NCBI GenBank assembly: GCA_965178125.1
Contig: OZ237739.1
Location: forward strand, 1 to 64,000
Length of the DNA stretch: 64,000 nucleotides
Source of the DNA: Bilabrum cf. latius
Taxonomy: Eukaryota
Direction: 5' to 3'
The translations under genes and the position numbers were made by a program. Each line of letters opens with the position of its first letter. The first letter of the stretch is position 1. The notes beneath the pieces were generated by a model. That model worked only from the letters and a program-made list of their open reading frames with translations, was not told the DNA's origin and searched no databases. Shown here piece after piece: positions 1-12,155 of this stretch.

Positions 1-248
1 ACCCTAACCCTAACCCTAACCCTAACCCTAACCCTAACCCTAACCCTAACCCTAACCCTAACCCTAACCCTAACCCTAACCCTAACCCTAACCCTAACCC
101 TAACCCTAACCCTAACCCTAACCCTAACCCTAACCCTAACCCTAACCCTAACCCTAACCCTAACCCTAACCCTAACCCTAACCCTAACCCTAACCCTAAC
201 CCTAACCCTAACCCTAACCCTAACCCTAACCCTAACCCCTAACCCTAA
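1..248. repeat. Telomeric (CCCTAA)n array at window start
   Basis: Near-perfect CCCTAA tandem repeats from base 1, in C-strand orientation as expected at a left chromosome end. Confidence 0.97.
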
Positions 249-373
249 GAAAATATTTTTTCCCCGACCCTGTCCCTGACTTTATATTAGATACCCTAAC
301 CCTAACCCTAACCCTAACCCTAACCCTAACCCTAACCCTAACCCTAACCCTAACCCTAACCCTAACCCTAACC

Positions 374-1531
374 AGGCCGTCCCGATGCAGTTTGAACGGT
401 CTTCATATCACCTGTAGTTGCCGAGATCGTAGCACGTCGTTTTTCGGTGTGAAATTCTTCATACACCCATATCGGCGCCGCGCGGCCAGAACGGAACCTG
501 GGGAATATTTGGCCCATGTTTTGCCCCCAGGCCGTCCCGATGCAGTTTGAACGGTCTTCATATCACCTGTAGTTGCCGAGATCGTAGCACGTCGTTTTTC
601 GGTGTGAAATTCTTCATACACCCATATCGGCGCCGCGCGGCCAGAACGGAACCTGGGGAACATTTGGCCCATGTTTTGCCCCCAGGCCGTCCCGATGCAG
701 TTTGAACGGTCTTCATATCACCTGTAGTTGCCGAGATCGTAGCACGTCGTTTTTCGGTGTGAAATTCTTCATACACCCATATCGGCGCCGCGCGGCTAGA
801 ACGGAACCTGGGGAACATTTGGCCCATGTTGTGCCCCCAGGCCGTCCCGATGCAGTTTGAACGGTCTTCATATCACCTGTAGTTGCCGAGATCGTAGCAC
901 GTCGTTTTTCGGTGTGAAATTCTTCATACACCCATATCGGCGCCGCGCGGTCAGAACGGAACCTGGGGAACATTTGGCCCATGTTGTGCCCCCAGGCCGT
1001 CCCGATGCAGTTTGAACGGTCTTCATATCACCTGTAGTTGCCGAGATCGTAGCACGTCGTTTTTCGGTGTGAAATTCTTCATACACCCATATCGGCGCCG
1101 CGCGGCCAGAACGGAACCTGGGGAACATTTGGCCCATGTTGTGCCCCCAGGCCGTCCCGATGCAGTTTGAACGGTCTTCATATCACCTGTAGTTGCCGAG
1201 ATCGTAGCACGTCGTTTTTCGGTGTGAAATTCTTCATACACCCATATCGGCGCCGCGCGGCCAGAACGGAACCTGGGGAACATTTGGCCCATGTTGTGCC
1301 CCCAGGCCGTCCCGATGCAGTTTGAACGGTCTTCATATCACCTGTAGTTGCCGAGATCGTAGCACGTCGTTTTTCGGTGTGAAATTCTTCATACACCCAT
1401 ATCGGCGCCGCGCGGCCAGAACGGAACCTGGGGAACATTTGGCCCATGTTGTGCCCCCAGGCCGTCCCGATGCAGTTTGAACGGTCTTCATATCACCTGT
1501 AGTTGCCGAGATCGTAGCACGTCGTTTTTCG
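374..1531. repeat. 155-bp satellite array 1 (~7.5 units)
   Basis: The unit CCAGGCCGTCCCGATGCAG...GGCCCATGTTGTGCC recurs every 155 bp with few SNPs. Confidence 0.97.
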
Positions 1532-1790
1532 ACAAATATTGAAGATGAAAATATTTTTTCCCCGACCCTGTCCCTGACTTTATATTAGATACCCTAACCC
1601 TAACCCTAACCCTAACCCTAACCCTAACCCTAACCCTAACCCTAACCCTAACCCTAACCCTAACCCTAACCCTAACCCTAACCCTAACCCTAACCCTAAC
1701 CCTAACCCTAACCCTAACCCTAACCCTAACCCTAACCCTAACCCTAACCCTAACCCTAACCCTAACCCTAACCCCTAACCTAAACCCTAA

Positions 1791-2448
1791 TACCTGTAGT
1801 TGCCGAGATCGTAGCACGTCGTTTTTCGGTGTGAAATTCTTCATACACCCATATCGGCGCCGCGCGGTCAGAACGGAACCTGGGGAACATTTGGCCCATG
1901 TTGTGCCCCCAGGCCGTCCCGATGCAGTTTGAACGGTCTTCATATCACCTGTAGTTGCCGAGATCGTAGCACGTCGTTTTTCGGTGTGAAATTCTTCATA
2001 CACCCATATCGGCGCCGCGCGGCCAGAACGGAACCTGGGGAACATTTGGCCCATGTTGTGCCCCCAGGCCGTCCCGATGCAGTTTGAACGGTCTTCATAT
2101 CACCTGTAGTTGCCGAGATCGTAGCACGTCGTTTTTCGGTGTGAAATTCTTCATACACCCATATCGGCGCCGCGCGGCCAGAACGGAACCTGGGGAACAT
2201 TTGGCCCATGTTGTGCCCCCAGGCCGTCCCGATGCAGTTTGAACGGTCTTCATATCACCTGTAGTTGCCGAGATCGTAGCACGTCGTTTTTCGGTGTGAA
2301 ATTCTTCATACACCCATATCGGCGCCGCGCGGCCAGAACGGAACCTGGGGAACATTTGGCCCATGTTGTGCCCCCAGGCCGTCCCGATGCAGTTTGAACG
2401 GTCTTCATATCACCTGTAGTTGCCGAGATCGTAGCACGTCGTTTTTCG
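1791..2448. repeat. 155-bp satellite array 2 (~4.2 units)
   Basis: Same unit, entered mid-unit (ACCTGTAGTTG) directly after a telomere tract. Confidence 0.95.
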
Positions 2449-2860
2449 ACAAATATTGAAGATGAAAATATTTTTTCCCCGACCCTGTCCCTGACTTTAT
2501 ATTAGATACCCTAACCCTAACCCTAACCCTAACCCTAACCCTAACCCTAACCCTAACCCTAACCCTAACCCTAACCCTAACCCTAACCCTAACCCTAACC
2601 CTAACCCTAACCCTAACCCTAACCCTAACCCTAACCCTAACCCTAACCCTAACCCTAACCCTAACCCTAACCCTAACCCTAACCCTAACCCTAACCCTAA
2701 CCCTAACCCTAACCCTAACCCTAACCCTAACCCTAACCCCTAACCCTAAGAAAATATTTTTTCCCCGACCCTGTCCCTGACTTTATATTAGATACCCTAA
2801 CCCTAACCCTAACCCTAACCCTAACCCTAACCCTAACCCTAACCCTAACCCTAACCCTAA

Positions 2861-4020
2861 CCAGGCCGTCCCGATGCAGTTTGAACGGTCTTCATATCAC
2901 CTGTAGTTGCCGAGATCGTAGCACGTCGTTTTTCGGTGTGAAATTCTTCATACACCCATATCGGCGCCGCGCGGCCAGAACGGAACCTGGGGAATATTTG
3001 GCCCATGTTTTGCCCCCAGGCCGTCCCGATGCAGTTTGAACGGTCTTCATATCACCTGTAGTTGCCGAGATCGTAGCACGTCGTTTTTCGGTGTGAAATT
3101 CTTCATACACCCATATCGGCGCCGCGCGGCCAGAACGGAACCTGGGGAATATTTGGCCCATGTTGTGCCCCCAGGCCGTCCCGATGCAGTTTGAACGGTC
3201 TTCATATCACCTGTAGTTGCCGAGATCGTAGCACGTCGTTTTTCGGTGTGAAATTCTTCATACACCCATATCGGCGCCGCGCGGCTAGAACGGAACCTGG
3301 GGAACATTTGGCCCATGTTGTGCCCCCAGGCCGTCCCGATGCAGTTTGAACGGTCTTCATATCACCTGTAGTTGCCGAGATCGTAGCACGTCGTTTTTCG
3401 GTGTGAAATTCTTCATACACCCATATCGGCGCCGCGCGGCCAGAACGGAACCTGGGGAACATTTGGCCCATGTTTTGCCCCCAGGCCGTCCCGATGCAGT
3501 TTGAACGGTCTTCATATCACCTGTAGTTGCCGAGATCGTAGCACGTCGTTTTTCGGTGTGAAATTCTTCATACACCCATATCGGCGCCGCGCGGCCAGAA
3601 CGGAACCTGGGGAACATTTGGCCCATGTTTTGCCCCCAGGCCGTCCCGATGCAGTTTGAACGGTCTTCATATCACCTGTAGTTGCCGAGATCGTAGCACG
3701 TCGTTTTTCGGTGTGAAATTCTTCATACACCCATATCGGCGCCGCGCGGCCAGAACGGAACCTGGGGAACATTTGGCCCATGTTGTGCCCCCAGGCCGTC
3801 CCGATGCAGTTTGAACGGTCTTCATATCACCTGTAGTTGCCGAGATCGTAGCACGTCGTTTTTCGGTGTGAAATTCTTCATACACCCATATCGGCGCCGC
3901 GCGGCCAGAACGGAACCTGGGGAACATTTGGCCCATGTTGTGCCCCCAGGCCGTCCCGATGCAGTTTGAACGGTCTTCATATCACCTGTAGTTGCCGAGA
4001 TCGTAGCACGTCGTTTTTCG
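2861..4020. repeat. 155-bp satellite array 3 (~7.5 units)
   Basis: Same unit; the order of SNP variants matches array 4. Confidence 0.97.
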
Positions 4021-4426
4021 ACAAATATTGAAGATGAAAATATTTTTTCCCCGACCCTGTCCCTGACTTTATATTAGATACCCTAACCCTAACCCTAACC
4101 CTAACCCTAACCCTAACCCTAACCCTAACCCTAACCCTAACCCTAACCCTAACCCTAACCCTAACCCTAACCCTAACCCTAACCCTAACCCTAACCCTAA
4201 CCCTAACCCTAACCCTAACCCTAACCCTAACCCTAACCCTAACCCTAACCCTAACCCTAACCCTAACCCTAACCCTAACCCTAACCCTAACCCTAACCCT
4301 AACCCCTAACCCTAAGAAAATATTTTTTCCCCGACCCTGTCCCTGACTTTATATTAGATACCCTAACCCTAACCCTAACCCTAACCCTAACCCTAACCCT
4401 AACCCTAACCCTAACCCTAACCCTAA

Positions 4427-5586
4427 CCAGGCCGTCCCGATGCAGTTTGAACGGTCTTCATATCACCTGTAGTTGCCGAGATCGTAGCACGTCGTTTTTC
4501 GGTGTGAAATTCTTCATACACCCATATCGGCGCCGCGCGGCCAGAACGGAACCTGGGGAATATTTGGCCCATGTTTTGCCCCCAGGCCGTCCCGATGCAG
4601 TTTGAACGGTCTTCATATCACCTGTAGTTGCCGAGATCGTAGCACGTCGTTTTTCGGTGTGAAATTCTTCATACACCCATATCGGCGCCGCGCGGCCAGA
4701 ACGGAACCTGGGGAATATTTGGCCCATGTTGTGCCCCCAGGCCGTCCCGATGCAGTTTGAACGGTCTTCATATCACCTGTAGTTGCCGAGATCGTAGCAC
4801 GTCGTTTTTCGGTGTGAAATTCTTCATACACCCATATCGGCGCCGCGCGGCTAGAACGGAACCTGGGGAACATTTGGCCCATGTTGTGCCCCCAGGCCGT
4901 CCCGATGCAGTTTGAACGGTCTTCATATCACCTGTAGTTGCCGAGATCGTAGCACGTCGTTTTTCGGTGTGAAATTCTTCATACACCCATATCGGCGCCG
5001 CGCGGCCAGAACGGAACCTGGGGAACATTTGGCCCATGTTTTGCCCCCAGGCCGTCCCGATGCAGTTTGAACGGTCTTCATATCACCTGTAGTTGCCGAG
5101 ATCGTAGCACGTCGTTTTTCGGTGTGAAATTCTTCATACACCCATATCGGCGCCGCGCGGCCAGAACGGAACCTGGGGAACATTTGGCCCATGTTTTGCC
5201 CCCAGGCCGTCCCGATGCAGTTTGAACGGTCTTCATATCACCTGTAGTTGCCGAGATCGTAGCACGTCGTTTTTCGGTGTGAAATTCTTCATACACCCAT
5301 ATCGGCGCCGCGCGGCCAGAACGGAACCTGGGGAACATTTGGCCCATGTTGTGCCCCCAGGCCGTCCCGATGCAGTTTGAACGGTCTTCATATCACCTGT
5401 AGTTGCCGAGATCGTAGCACGTCGTTTTTCGGTGTGAAATTCTTCATACACCCATATCGGCGCCGCGCGGCCAGAACGGAACCTGGGGAACATTTGGCCC
5501 ATGTTGTGCCCCCAGGCCGTCCCGATGCAGTTTGAACGGTCTTCATATCACCTGTAGTTGCCGAGATCGTAGCACGTCGTTTTTCG
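4427..5586. repeat. 155-bp satellite array 4 (~7.5 units)
   Basis: Offset 1566 bp from array 3 with the same variant order. Confidence 0.97.
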
Positions 5587-6315
5587 ACAAATATTGAAGA
5601 TGAAAATATTTTTTCCCCGACCCTGTCCCTGACTTTATATTAGATACCCTAACCCTAACCTAACCCTAACCCTAACCCTAACCCTAACCCTAACCCTAAC
5701 CCTAACCCTAACCCTAACCCTAACCCTAACCCTAACCCTAACCCTAACCCTAACCCTAACCCTAACCCTAACCCTAACCCTAACCCTAACCCTAACCCTA
5801 ACCCTAACCCTAACCCTAACCCTAACCCTAACCCTAACCCTAACCCTAACCCTAACCAACAATAAATAAGATGTACAGATCAAGGGCTATCTAAATATAT
5901 ATAATGTGCGGCGTTTTTTTTTTGGTCAAAAAATGGGTCTGCCCCGATCCTAACATGACCCCCAGATACCCTAACCCTAACCCTAACCCTAACCCTAACC
6001 CTAACCCTAACCCTAACCCTAACCCTAACCCTAACCCTAACCCTAACCCTAACCCTAACCCTAACCCTAACCCTAACCTGTTCTTGCTGGGAGGAGCCGT
6101 GTGAGGGCGGTGGATGGCTCCGGCGAATCAGAGGGTCCGGCGTGTTTTGGCCGGGTTGAGGATAGGGTAGATTGGTGTTTGAGTGTTTGGTGTTTGTTGA
6201 AAGGTGAACTTGTCTGCAACCGGATTTCCTCTGCAACCGGATTTCCTGGAAGACCCACACTGGCAGTGTTGGTCAAGAAGTTCTCGAGTTCCGGTTTATA
6301 GGGTAGGCCAACGGC

Positions 6316-9295
6316 ATGCGTGGTGCAAGAACAACATGTATCCACACTCCCACACTTCAAGGACATTACTAGATGGACATAGCTTCGATATGGTCGCGGT
6401 GTAGAACAATTATAAGCGAACGCGACCTTCACTTGGCCGGGAAACGCATAGTGGTCCCAGAAGTACAGTCGTGGAAGCGTCTCATGGGGTCATGCATGGT
6501 CAGTCACCCTGAGCCCAAGATATTGGTCTAGAATTTGGCGACCACGTTGCAGGCCTCGAAACTGTCTCTAGTAAGACGTGGCTGCATTAATAATCAAAGC
6601 TCAACTGGCAATGCAAGCATCCCGATCATGAATCGTACTTCCGGTTCGATTTCGTTCGCAGATTGTATCGCCCCCAGGACCAACGGGGACACTACTTCTG
6701 TAGACTTTGGCTGGCATATGCAAGTACGAATAGCCATGTGCGTCAAGTAGCTAGGCATCTGGAGGCCATGCAGCCCAAAGTCGAGCAGTCGAGCCACATG
6801 GCAGCATTCGATACGTACCTCGAACTGACAGCCATCAGTGCATGCTATCTGTTGAAGAGACGATGGCACTTGCGGTTGGCCTCTCTGTGGATATTCTTGA
6901 CTCATCCATCACTGAGGAGAAGGCCGCGAGCCATCTGCTAGAAATGTTTGGGCTTTTGCGTCTGAAAGACACACTCGTAGGAAGTAGCTGGGATTCCAGC
7001 CACGGAAATGGGCATTCCGGAATATCTGGGGGAGAGGTAAGATGTCATGGCTGCCACGCGCGCTTGTCTTGGGTTCGCCGCATTCAGCATGGATGCCACA
7101 CCGTTGCTTTGACCGATGCCTCTTGCATTTTCAACAGTCCCATTGTTTCATCACCACAGGCTAGACGACTATCAATTGCAGAAGCAATTTCCACCCCGAT
7201 GGCAGCTATGCTCCTCGACGAGCCGACTAACGGGCTGGATGCTGGCTGGGCGCTCCGAACTGTGGAGCTGCTTGGCCAGCTGGCCCGGTAGGCTCGCATC
7301 CCTGTGGTCATGACGCTGTAGTAGCCCTCGATAGATATATTCCAGCTGTTTGAGCACGTGGTCGTGCTTGGACTGGAGGGGCAGTGCATATACGAGGGGC
7401 CCCGGCAGGACGTGGCTCGGAGCTTGGTCTAGCGCGGCCTCGAGTGCCCGCTCCATGTGTCCCTCCCCGAGTGGCTCGTGGCGCTGGCATGCTCTCCGGG
7501 GGATGTACTGGCTGCGCACTGCCATCGATCGGGTTCACAGATCGCATCACCGTCCCCAAGCAGCCCCCTCTGGACACACGGCTAGAGCCGCGAGGAAGGC
7601 GCAGGGCGGGGGGTGGTCGGCAAACAAGGGCAAGTCACAGATGCAGTCAGCGGACAGATGTGCAATGACACTGGAAGTATCGCAGAGTCAAACACTACCG
7701 GAGACAATGTAGGCTAGGAAAGAGTGAAGGCCACCATCAGCCAGCTGGGCTCGAGCACCAGTAGTTTGCCAGCTCAAGTCCCCACGCAGGCCACTGTGTC
7801 TAGATCTGTTCAGGATACTCGCATGCCAGCACCTCCAGGTTGGACTACGCCGGATGCGGGCCGTTCCGAATTAGGCTCGCTGGACCGCATCTTCCACGAG
7901 CTGAGGCTGCTGCTGTGGGCAGATTGCCTTGTCGTGTGGCGGGACACTGCATATGTGAAGGCACACATTGTGAATGCAATTGTCATTGGGCTGCTGATTG
8001 GAGGGGTATACTTCCAGCTCGACTCTACCGATTACTAGCAGTAAGCCGCATCTGTGCATCACTAGCGCTTTGCCTCCTTAGCCTTCCCCTCACCTCCCTC
8101 TCCAAGATTGCACGCCGTGCCATCGTGCCGTCGCAGGGTGGTGTCGTTGTCGTATTTCTGCTACCTGTACTTGGTATCAGGTAACATCACAGTGATTCCG
8201 CTTGCTTTGAGATCCAGAGAAGTCGCCGCGAAGCATGTGCTCGCGTCGCGCGTTCGCTGGCCCTGTGCGCAGGCCTTGAGCGCGTGCCTAGCTACAATAC
8301 CGATCGCAGTATTGGAGTGCATCATCGTGTCGACCTGCTTCTACTTCATGGCAGGGCTCGTTCCGAATGCTGCGTCATACTCCCTCTTTGTTGGAATCGC
8401 CATTCTGGTGGACGTGGCGATGGCAGGCTATTTCAGATGCGTGGCCTGGCTGAGCGGGTCGAGAGGGTACGCCTTTGCCCAGTCGGTTGCTCTCGGCCCC
8501 TTGGCACTGATTCAGCTCACGAACGGGTTCGTGGTTACGCAAGAGAACCTCAGCCCGCTCTTCCAAGGCATTTATTGGGCTAACCCTCTCGCGCATGGGA
8601 TTCGGGCGGTGGCAATAGACCAGTTCCAGTCCCCTCGCTATGACCACAGGCTGCTGTTGGCGGCACCTCTGAATGGGTCCGCTGCCCTAGGTCCGCGGGC
8701 AGGAGATGCCTATTTGAATGCTTTCTAGATTTCAACAGAAAGAGGGGAATTCTGGGTTCTGGTTAGCCTAATGGTCCTCGTTCTGCAGGCCGTGTGTTGC
8801 AACGGATGCTCCATTGTGGCCTTCTCCTGCTGCATAGCTTCACCTGGAGATACTGCCATTCGCCATGCACGACCTGGGGTAAAACATGCTCGCAACGTGT
8901 TGGATGCCCTGGAGCGCGCGTCAGGCATTCCATCGCAGCCGGTCTAGGTATGTGAGGGTCGCCAGCCTGTCCCAAAACATGCATCGCCTCGATGCAGCAT
9001 CGCTTGGCAGGACCTGTCGGTTGCAGTGCACACCGATGCAGAGGACAAAGAAATACTGAGTAATGTCTATGGGATCTGTAGCAGTGGGCAGGTCGCGGCA
9101 GTCATGGGCAAGTCCGGGGCAGGGAAGAGCACGCTCATGAATGCGCTCGTTGGTGCGGCCCCAGCTGCTGGCTCAGTCCAGGGGACTGTGCGCGTTGGAT
9201 TTGCGAACGATCCTAGACGCGGTGGGCCTGCGGTTGCATACGTAGAGCAATTTTCCCACCTTGTGCCGCAGCAGACTGTGCTGGAGACATTGCAG
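6316..9295 (+). pseudogene. ABCG/PDR-type ABC transporter, 3'-truncated (NBD1-TMD1-partial NBD2)
   Basis: With TAG=Q and introns at ~6571-6661, 7037-7159 and 8041-8137 the frame is open. It gives a degenerate Walker A (IVSPPGPTGTLLLQTLAG), signature ISGGEARRLSIAE, Walker B MLLDEPTNGLD, H-loop region TL**PSIDIFQLF, TM segments, and NBD2 Walker A GKSGAGKST plus Q-loop YVEQ. No NBD2 signature or TMD2 follows. The start codon is uncertain. Confidence 0.75.
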
Positions 9296-9726
9296 GTGCC
9301 AGTGCCGGGGCTAGCAGGTTGGGTGTGTGGGCGATGGATGGGGCCATGGTGCCAGTGCCGGGGCTAGCAGGTCGGGTGTGTGGGCGATGGATGGAGGCCA
9401 TGGTGCCTGTGCTGGTGCAAGCAGGTCGGGTGTGTGGGCGATGGATGGGTCCATGGTGCCTGTGCCGGGGCTAGCAGGTCGGGTGTGTGGGGCGATGGAT
9501 GGGGCCATGGTGCCTGTGCTGGGGCAAGCAGGTCGGGAGTGAGGGCGATGGATGGGGCCATGGTGCCTGTGCCGGGGCAAGCAAGTTGGGAGTGAGGGCG
9601 ATGGATGGGGCCATGGCGGATGTGCTGGGGCAAGCAGGTCGGGAGTGCGGGCGATGGATGGGGCCATGGCGGATGTGCTGGGGCAAGCAGGTCGGGAGTG
9701 CGGGCGATGGATGGGGCCATGGCGCC
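9292..9726. repeat. ~58-59-bp minisatellite (~7 copies), probably intronic
   Basis: GGTGCC(A/T)GTGCCGGGGCTAGCAGGTCGGGTGTGTGGGCGATGGATGGGGCCAT repeated with progressive divergence. Confidence 0.9.
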
Positions 9727-9848
9727 TAGCACCATCGTTTCGAGCACAGATCTGGCTCAGTGCGATCGTGCGACCACTTGGACGCTGCACAGTATCGCCA
9801 TCTTGTGGACTCTGTCAACTTGTACGGAACATGCCAACTTTGGGGGAG

Positions 9849-9892
9849 CCTAATCCTAACCTAACCCCCCCTAAAACCCTAACCCACCTAAG
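9849..9892. repeat. Degenerate interstitial telomeric tract
   Basis: CCTAATCCTAACCTAACCCCCCCTAAAACCCTAACCCACCTAA, on the same strand as the terminal array. Confidence 0.75.
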
Positions 9893-9930
9893 CCTTGGAG
9901 GTTTCATCTCGAGTAAAGTCGAGTTCAACC

Positions 9931-11651
9931 ATGCAGATATTATTGGCTGCAATTCTTAGCGCATCAATCCTTGCTTTGGCACATGATGCGCCGTATGTAG
10001 GTGAGGGCCAACGTGAGGCTGAGCATTGGCTGCCTACCCGTGGATTCGCACGACAACGACCGGCTGCCCTCGATTCATTCGCCGGCATTTGGCCTTCCTT
10101 CCTCTATGGATCGACGAATTCGCAGCGGTTAATTCATACGACGCCACGAACGGCGCCTACAACGAGAGCCAGGTGCTGGCGGCCGCCGAGTACCTTGACA
10201 AGAGCGGCTACGCGGCGCGCACCATCGTCATCGACGGCGGATGGTACACGGATGCCGACGGTAACGCGATCATTGATGAGTACGGCCGCCCAATGCCGGA
10301 CCCGGAGCGGTTCCCGAGCTCCCGGGGCGGCCTCGGCTTCGGGCCGCTGGTGCAGAGGCTGCGGCAGTTCCAGAATTACGGGATGCTCAAGCTTGGCGTG
10401 TGGATGATCCGCGGGATCCCGCGCATCGCGGTTGAGAAAAACACCCCCATCTTCAACAGCAGCTTCCGAGCTCGCGACGCGTACACCCTCGAGACCAACT
10501 GTTCCTGGAGCTCTCTGGCCTTCGGTGTAGAGGCGCCCTCCCATGCGGGTGAGGCGTACTATAGCTCCTTGCACTCGATGCTGGCCGACTGGGGGGCCAC
10601 CTTCCTGAAAATGGACTGTATGTGGCCCTCAGAGAAGACTTGGAAGCAAGGGGAGAGCTTCCTTCCGGAGCTGGAGCTCTTCGGGCGCACCTTCAAGGCC
10701 GCCTCTATGTCCACGGGGCACTCCATCGACATCTCGCTCAGCCCGGGAGAGACGGTGACCCCTGCCAATGGAAGCTGGGTGGCCGCGCAAGGCTTTGCGA
10801 AGCTGTATCGCGTGACACAGGACCTCTGGGACGTGTGGCGCGCCGACAAAGGCGTACATTATCCGACGGACATCGTCAGCAAGCTCAACGTGGCAAGGGA
10901 TTTCGCCAAGGCGGGTCTCATTGGCGCCAACGGGTCGTTTCCAGACCTCGACATGATGCCCATTGGCAGGCTGGGGTCCCACGGCAAGCCCAGCGGGGGC
11001 AGGGAGGGCCCTGCAGGGTGCACCCACCTGACGGCCAGTCAGGCGCGGTTCGCCGCCACGCTCTGGGGCATTGCGAGGGCCCCTCTCGTGTACGGCGCGT
11101 ATCTTCCCCTGCAGCCGGACATGTACGACTGTGACAAAGTGGCGAAGGCGATCATGGAGAACCTGGGACTGCCGACGGTGCACTCGTTGGGCGTGGACCC
11201 GCGCGAGGTGAGCCGCGAGATGCCGCCCTGCTCGCAGGACGGAGGCGAGGGGGAGGACGAGGAGGGGATTGTCCCCCTGACTGCCACCTGGGTGTCGGGG
11301 GTGTGGGACCCCTTTGGCAAAGACGTGGCTAACGACGTGAACGTCGCAGTGCTCAACACGGACAGCAAGCCGAGGACAGTTACCATCCAATTCAACCAGA
11401 CCGGGTTAAAAGTAACTAGTATCGACAGGTGCTGGTGCACGCAGGACGTTTGGTATGACGACACCGGTGACGATGATAATGGAACTTGGCGCCCCTGGCC
11501 GCCTGGGGATGACCCGACGTCAACCTCCTCTGGATACATTACCCCGGACACGCCGCTCACTGTGACTGTTGGGCCCGAGGACGGATACCTGACCCTGCTG
11601 TACTCATCCAGCGAGAAGTACTATCCCTGCAAGCAGTGCAAGGGACGGTGA
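9931..11651 (+). CDS. Secreted glycoside hydrolase family 27 (alpha-galactosidase-like)
   Basis: Signal peptide MQILLAAILSASILALA and an intron at ~10001-10125. Motifs: NSYD, IVIDGGWY, DEYGRPMPDPERFPS, WGATFLKMDC, YRVTQDLWD and FPDLDMMPIG. TGA stop. Confidence 0.88.
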
Positions 11652-12155
11652 GCAGCAGGTGCCTCAATGCAAGCTTCATATTCTGTGCTGGCGAGCCTTT
11701 GGGCACACACACCACTGCGGCAGGTGTGACAACGCCCCCTAACTGGACGGGACGAGGCGACGCCCCCTAACTGGACGGGACGAGGCGACGCCCCCGGCAG
11801 AGCCACCACGGGGACGGGGCTAACGGGCACCTGGCCCGGGTCGAGCCGAAAAAAAGAAAACCCTAGGCTCGGGCGAACAGCGCCCCTGCCCGAGCCAAAC
11901 ATTCCGCTCAGGCGCGATCTCTGAAATCGAGACAAACCTAGTTTAAATAATTCCGCTTGGCAAAGTTGTCCCGTGCCCGAGCCGAACTTTCGGCTCGGGC
12001 ACGGCCGCCGTCTGCCACAGCCCAAGGTTCCGCTACGCCGGCGGCGCCAGCGGGACGTGCTGCACTGCATGGTGTGTCGGTTTCGTGAAGTTGCCACTGG
12101 TTGGTCGGCATCACCAGGGCACATTGCTCCTTCGCATAAATAGAGGGGGGTAAGG

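Larger units (their letters stand above)
249..6079. repeat. Subtelomeric mosaic of internal (CCCTAA)n tracts, a conserved linker and 155-bp satellite arrays
   Basis: Internal telomere tracts lie at about 292-373, 1592-1790, 2509-2749, 2795-2862, 4081-4315, 4361-4428, 5647-5857 and 5968-6079. All but the last are preceded by AAATATTTTTTCCCCGACCCTGTCCCTGACTTTATATTAGATA. Confidence 0.95.

Noticed and set aside
403-5502. Series of 89-aa ORFs (MGQMFPRF...)
   Set aside because: They are translations of the 155-bp satellite; the unit is not a multiple of 3 and there is no protein motif.
374-5586. CRISPR array or tandem 5S rRNA/tRNA genes
   Set aside because: There are no unique spacers and the context is eukaryotic. 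Only a short CGATCTCGG resemblance to 5S is present, without the remaining conserved sequence, and there is no cloverleaf.
1488-6260. (VR)n and (PN)n ORFs
   Set aside because: They are translations of TTAGGG/CCCTAA repeats.
9931-11651. Recent bacterial HGT of GH27 (no TAG codons)
   Set aside because: It has an intron and a signal peptide, and several native genes also lack TAG; this cannot be supported without a phylogeny.
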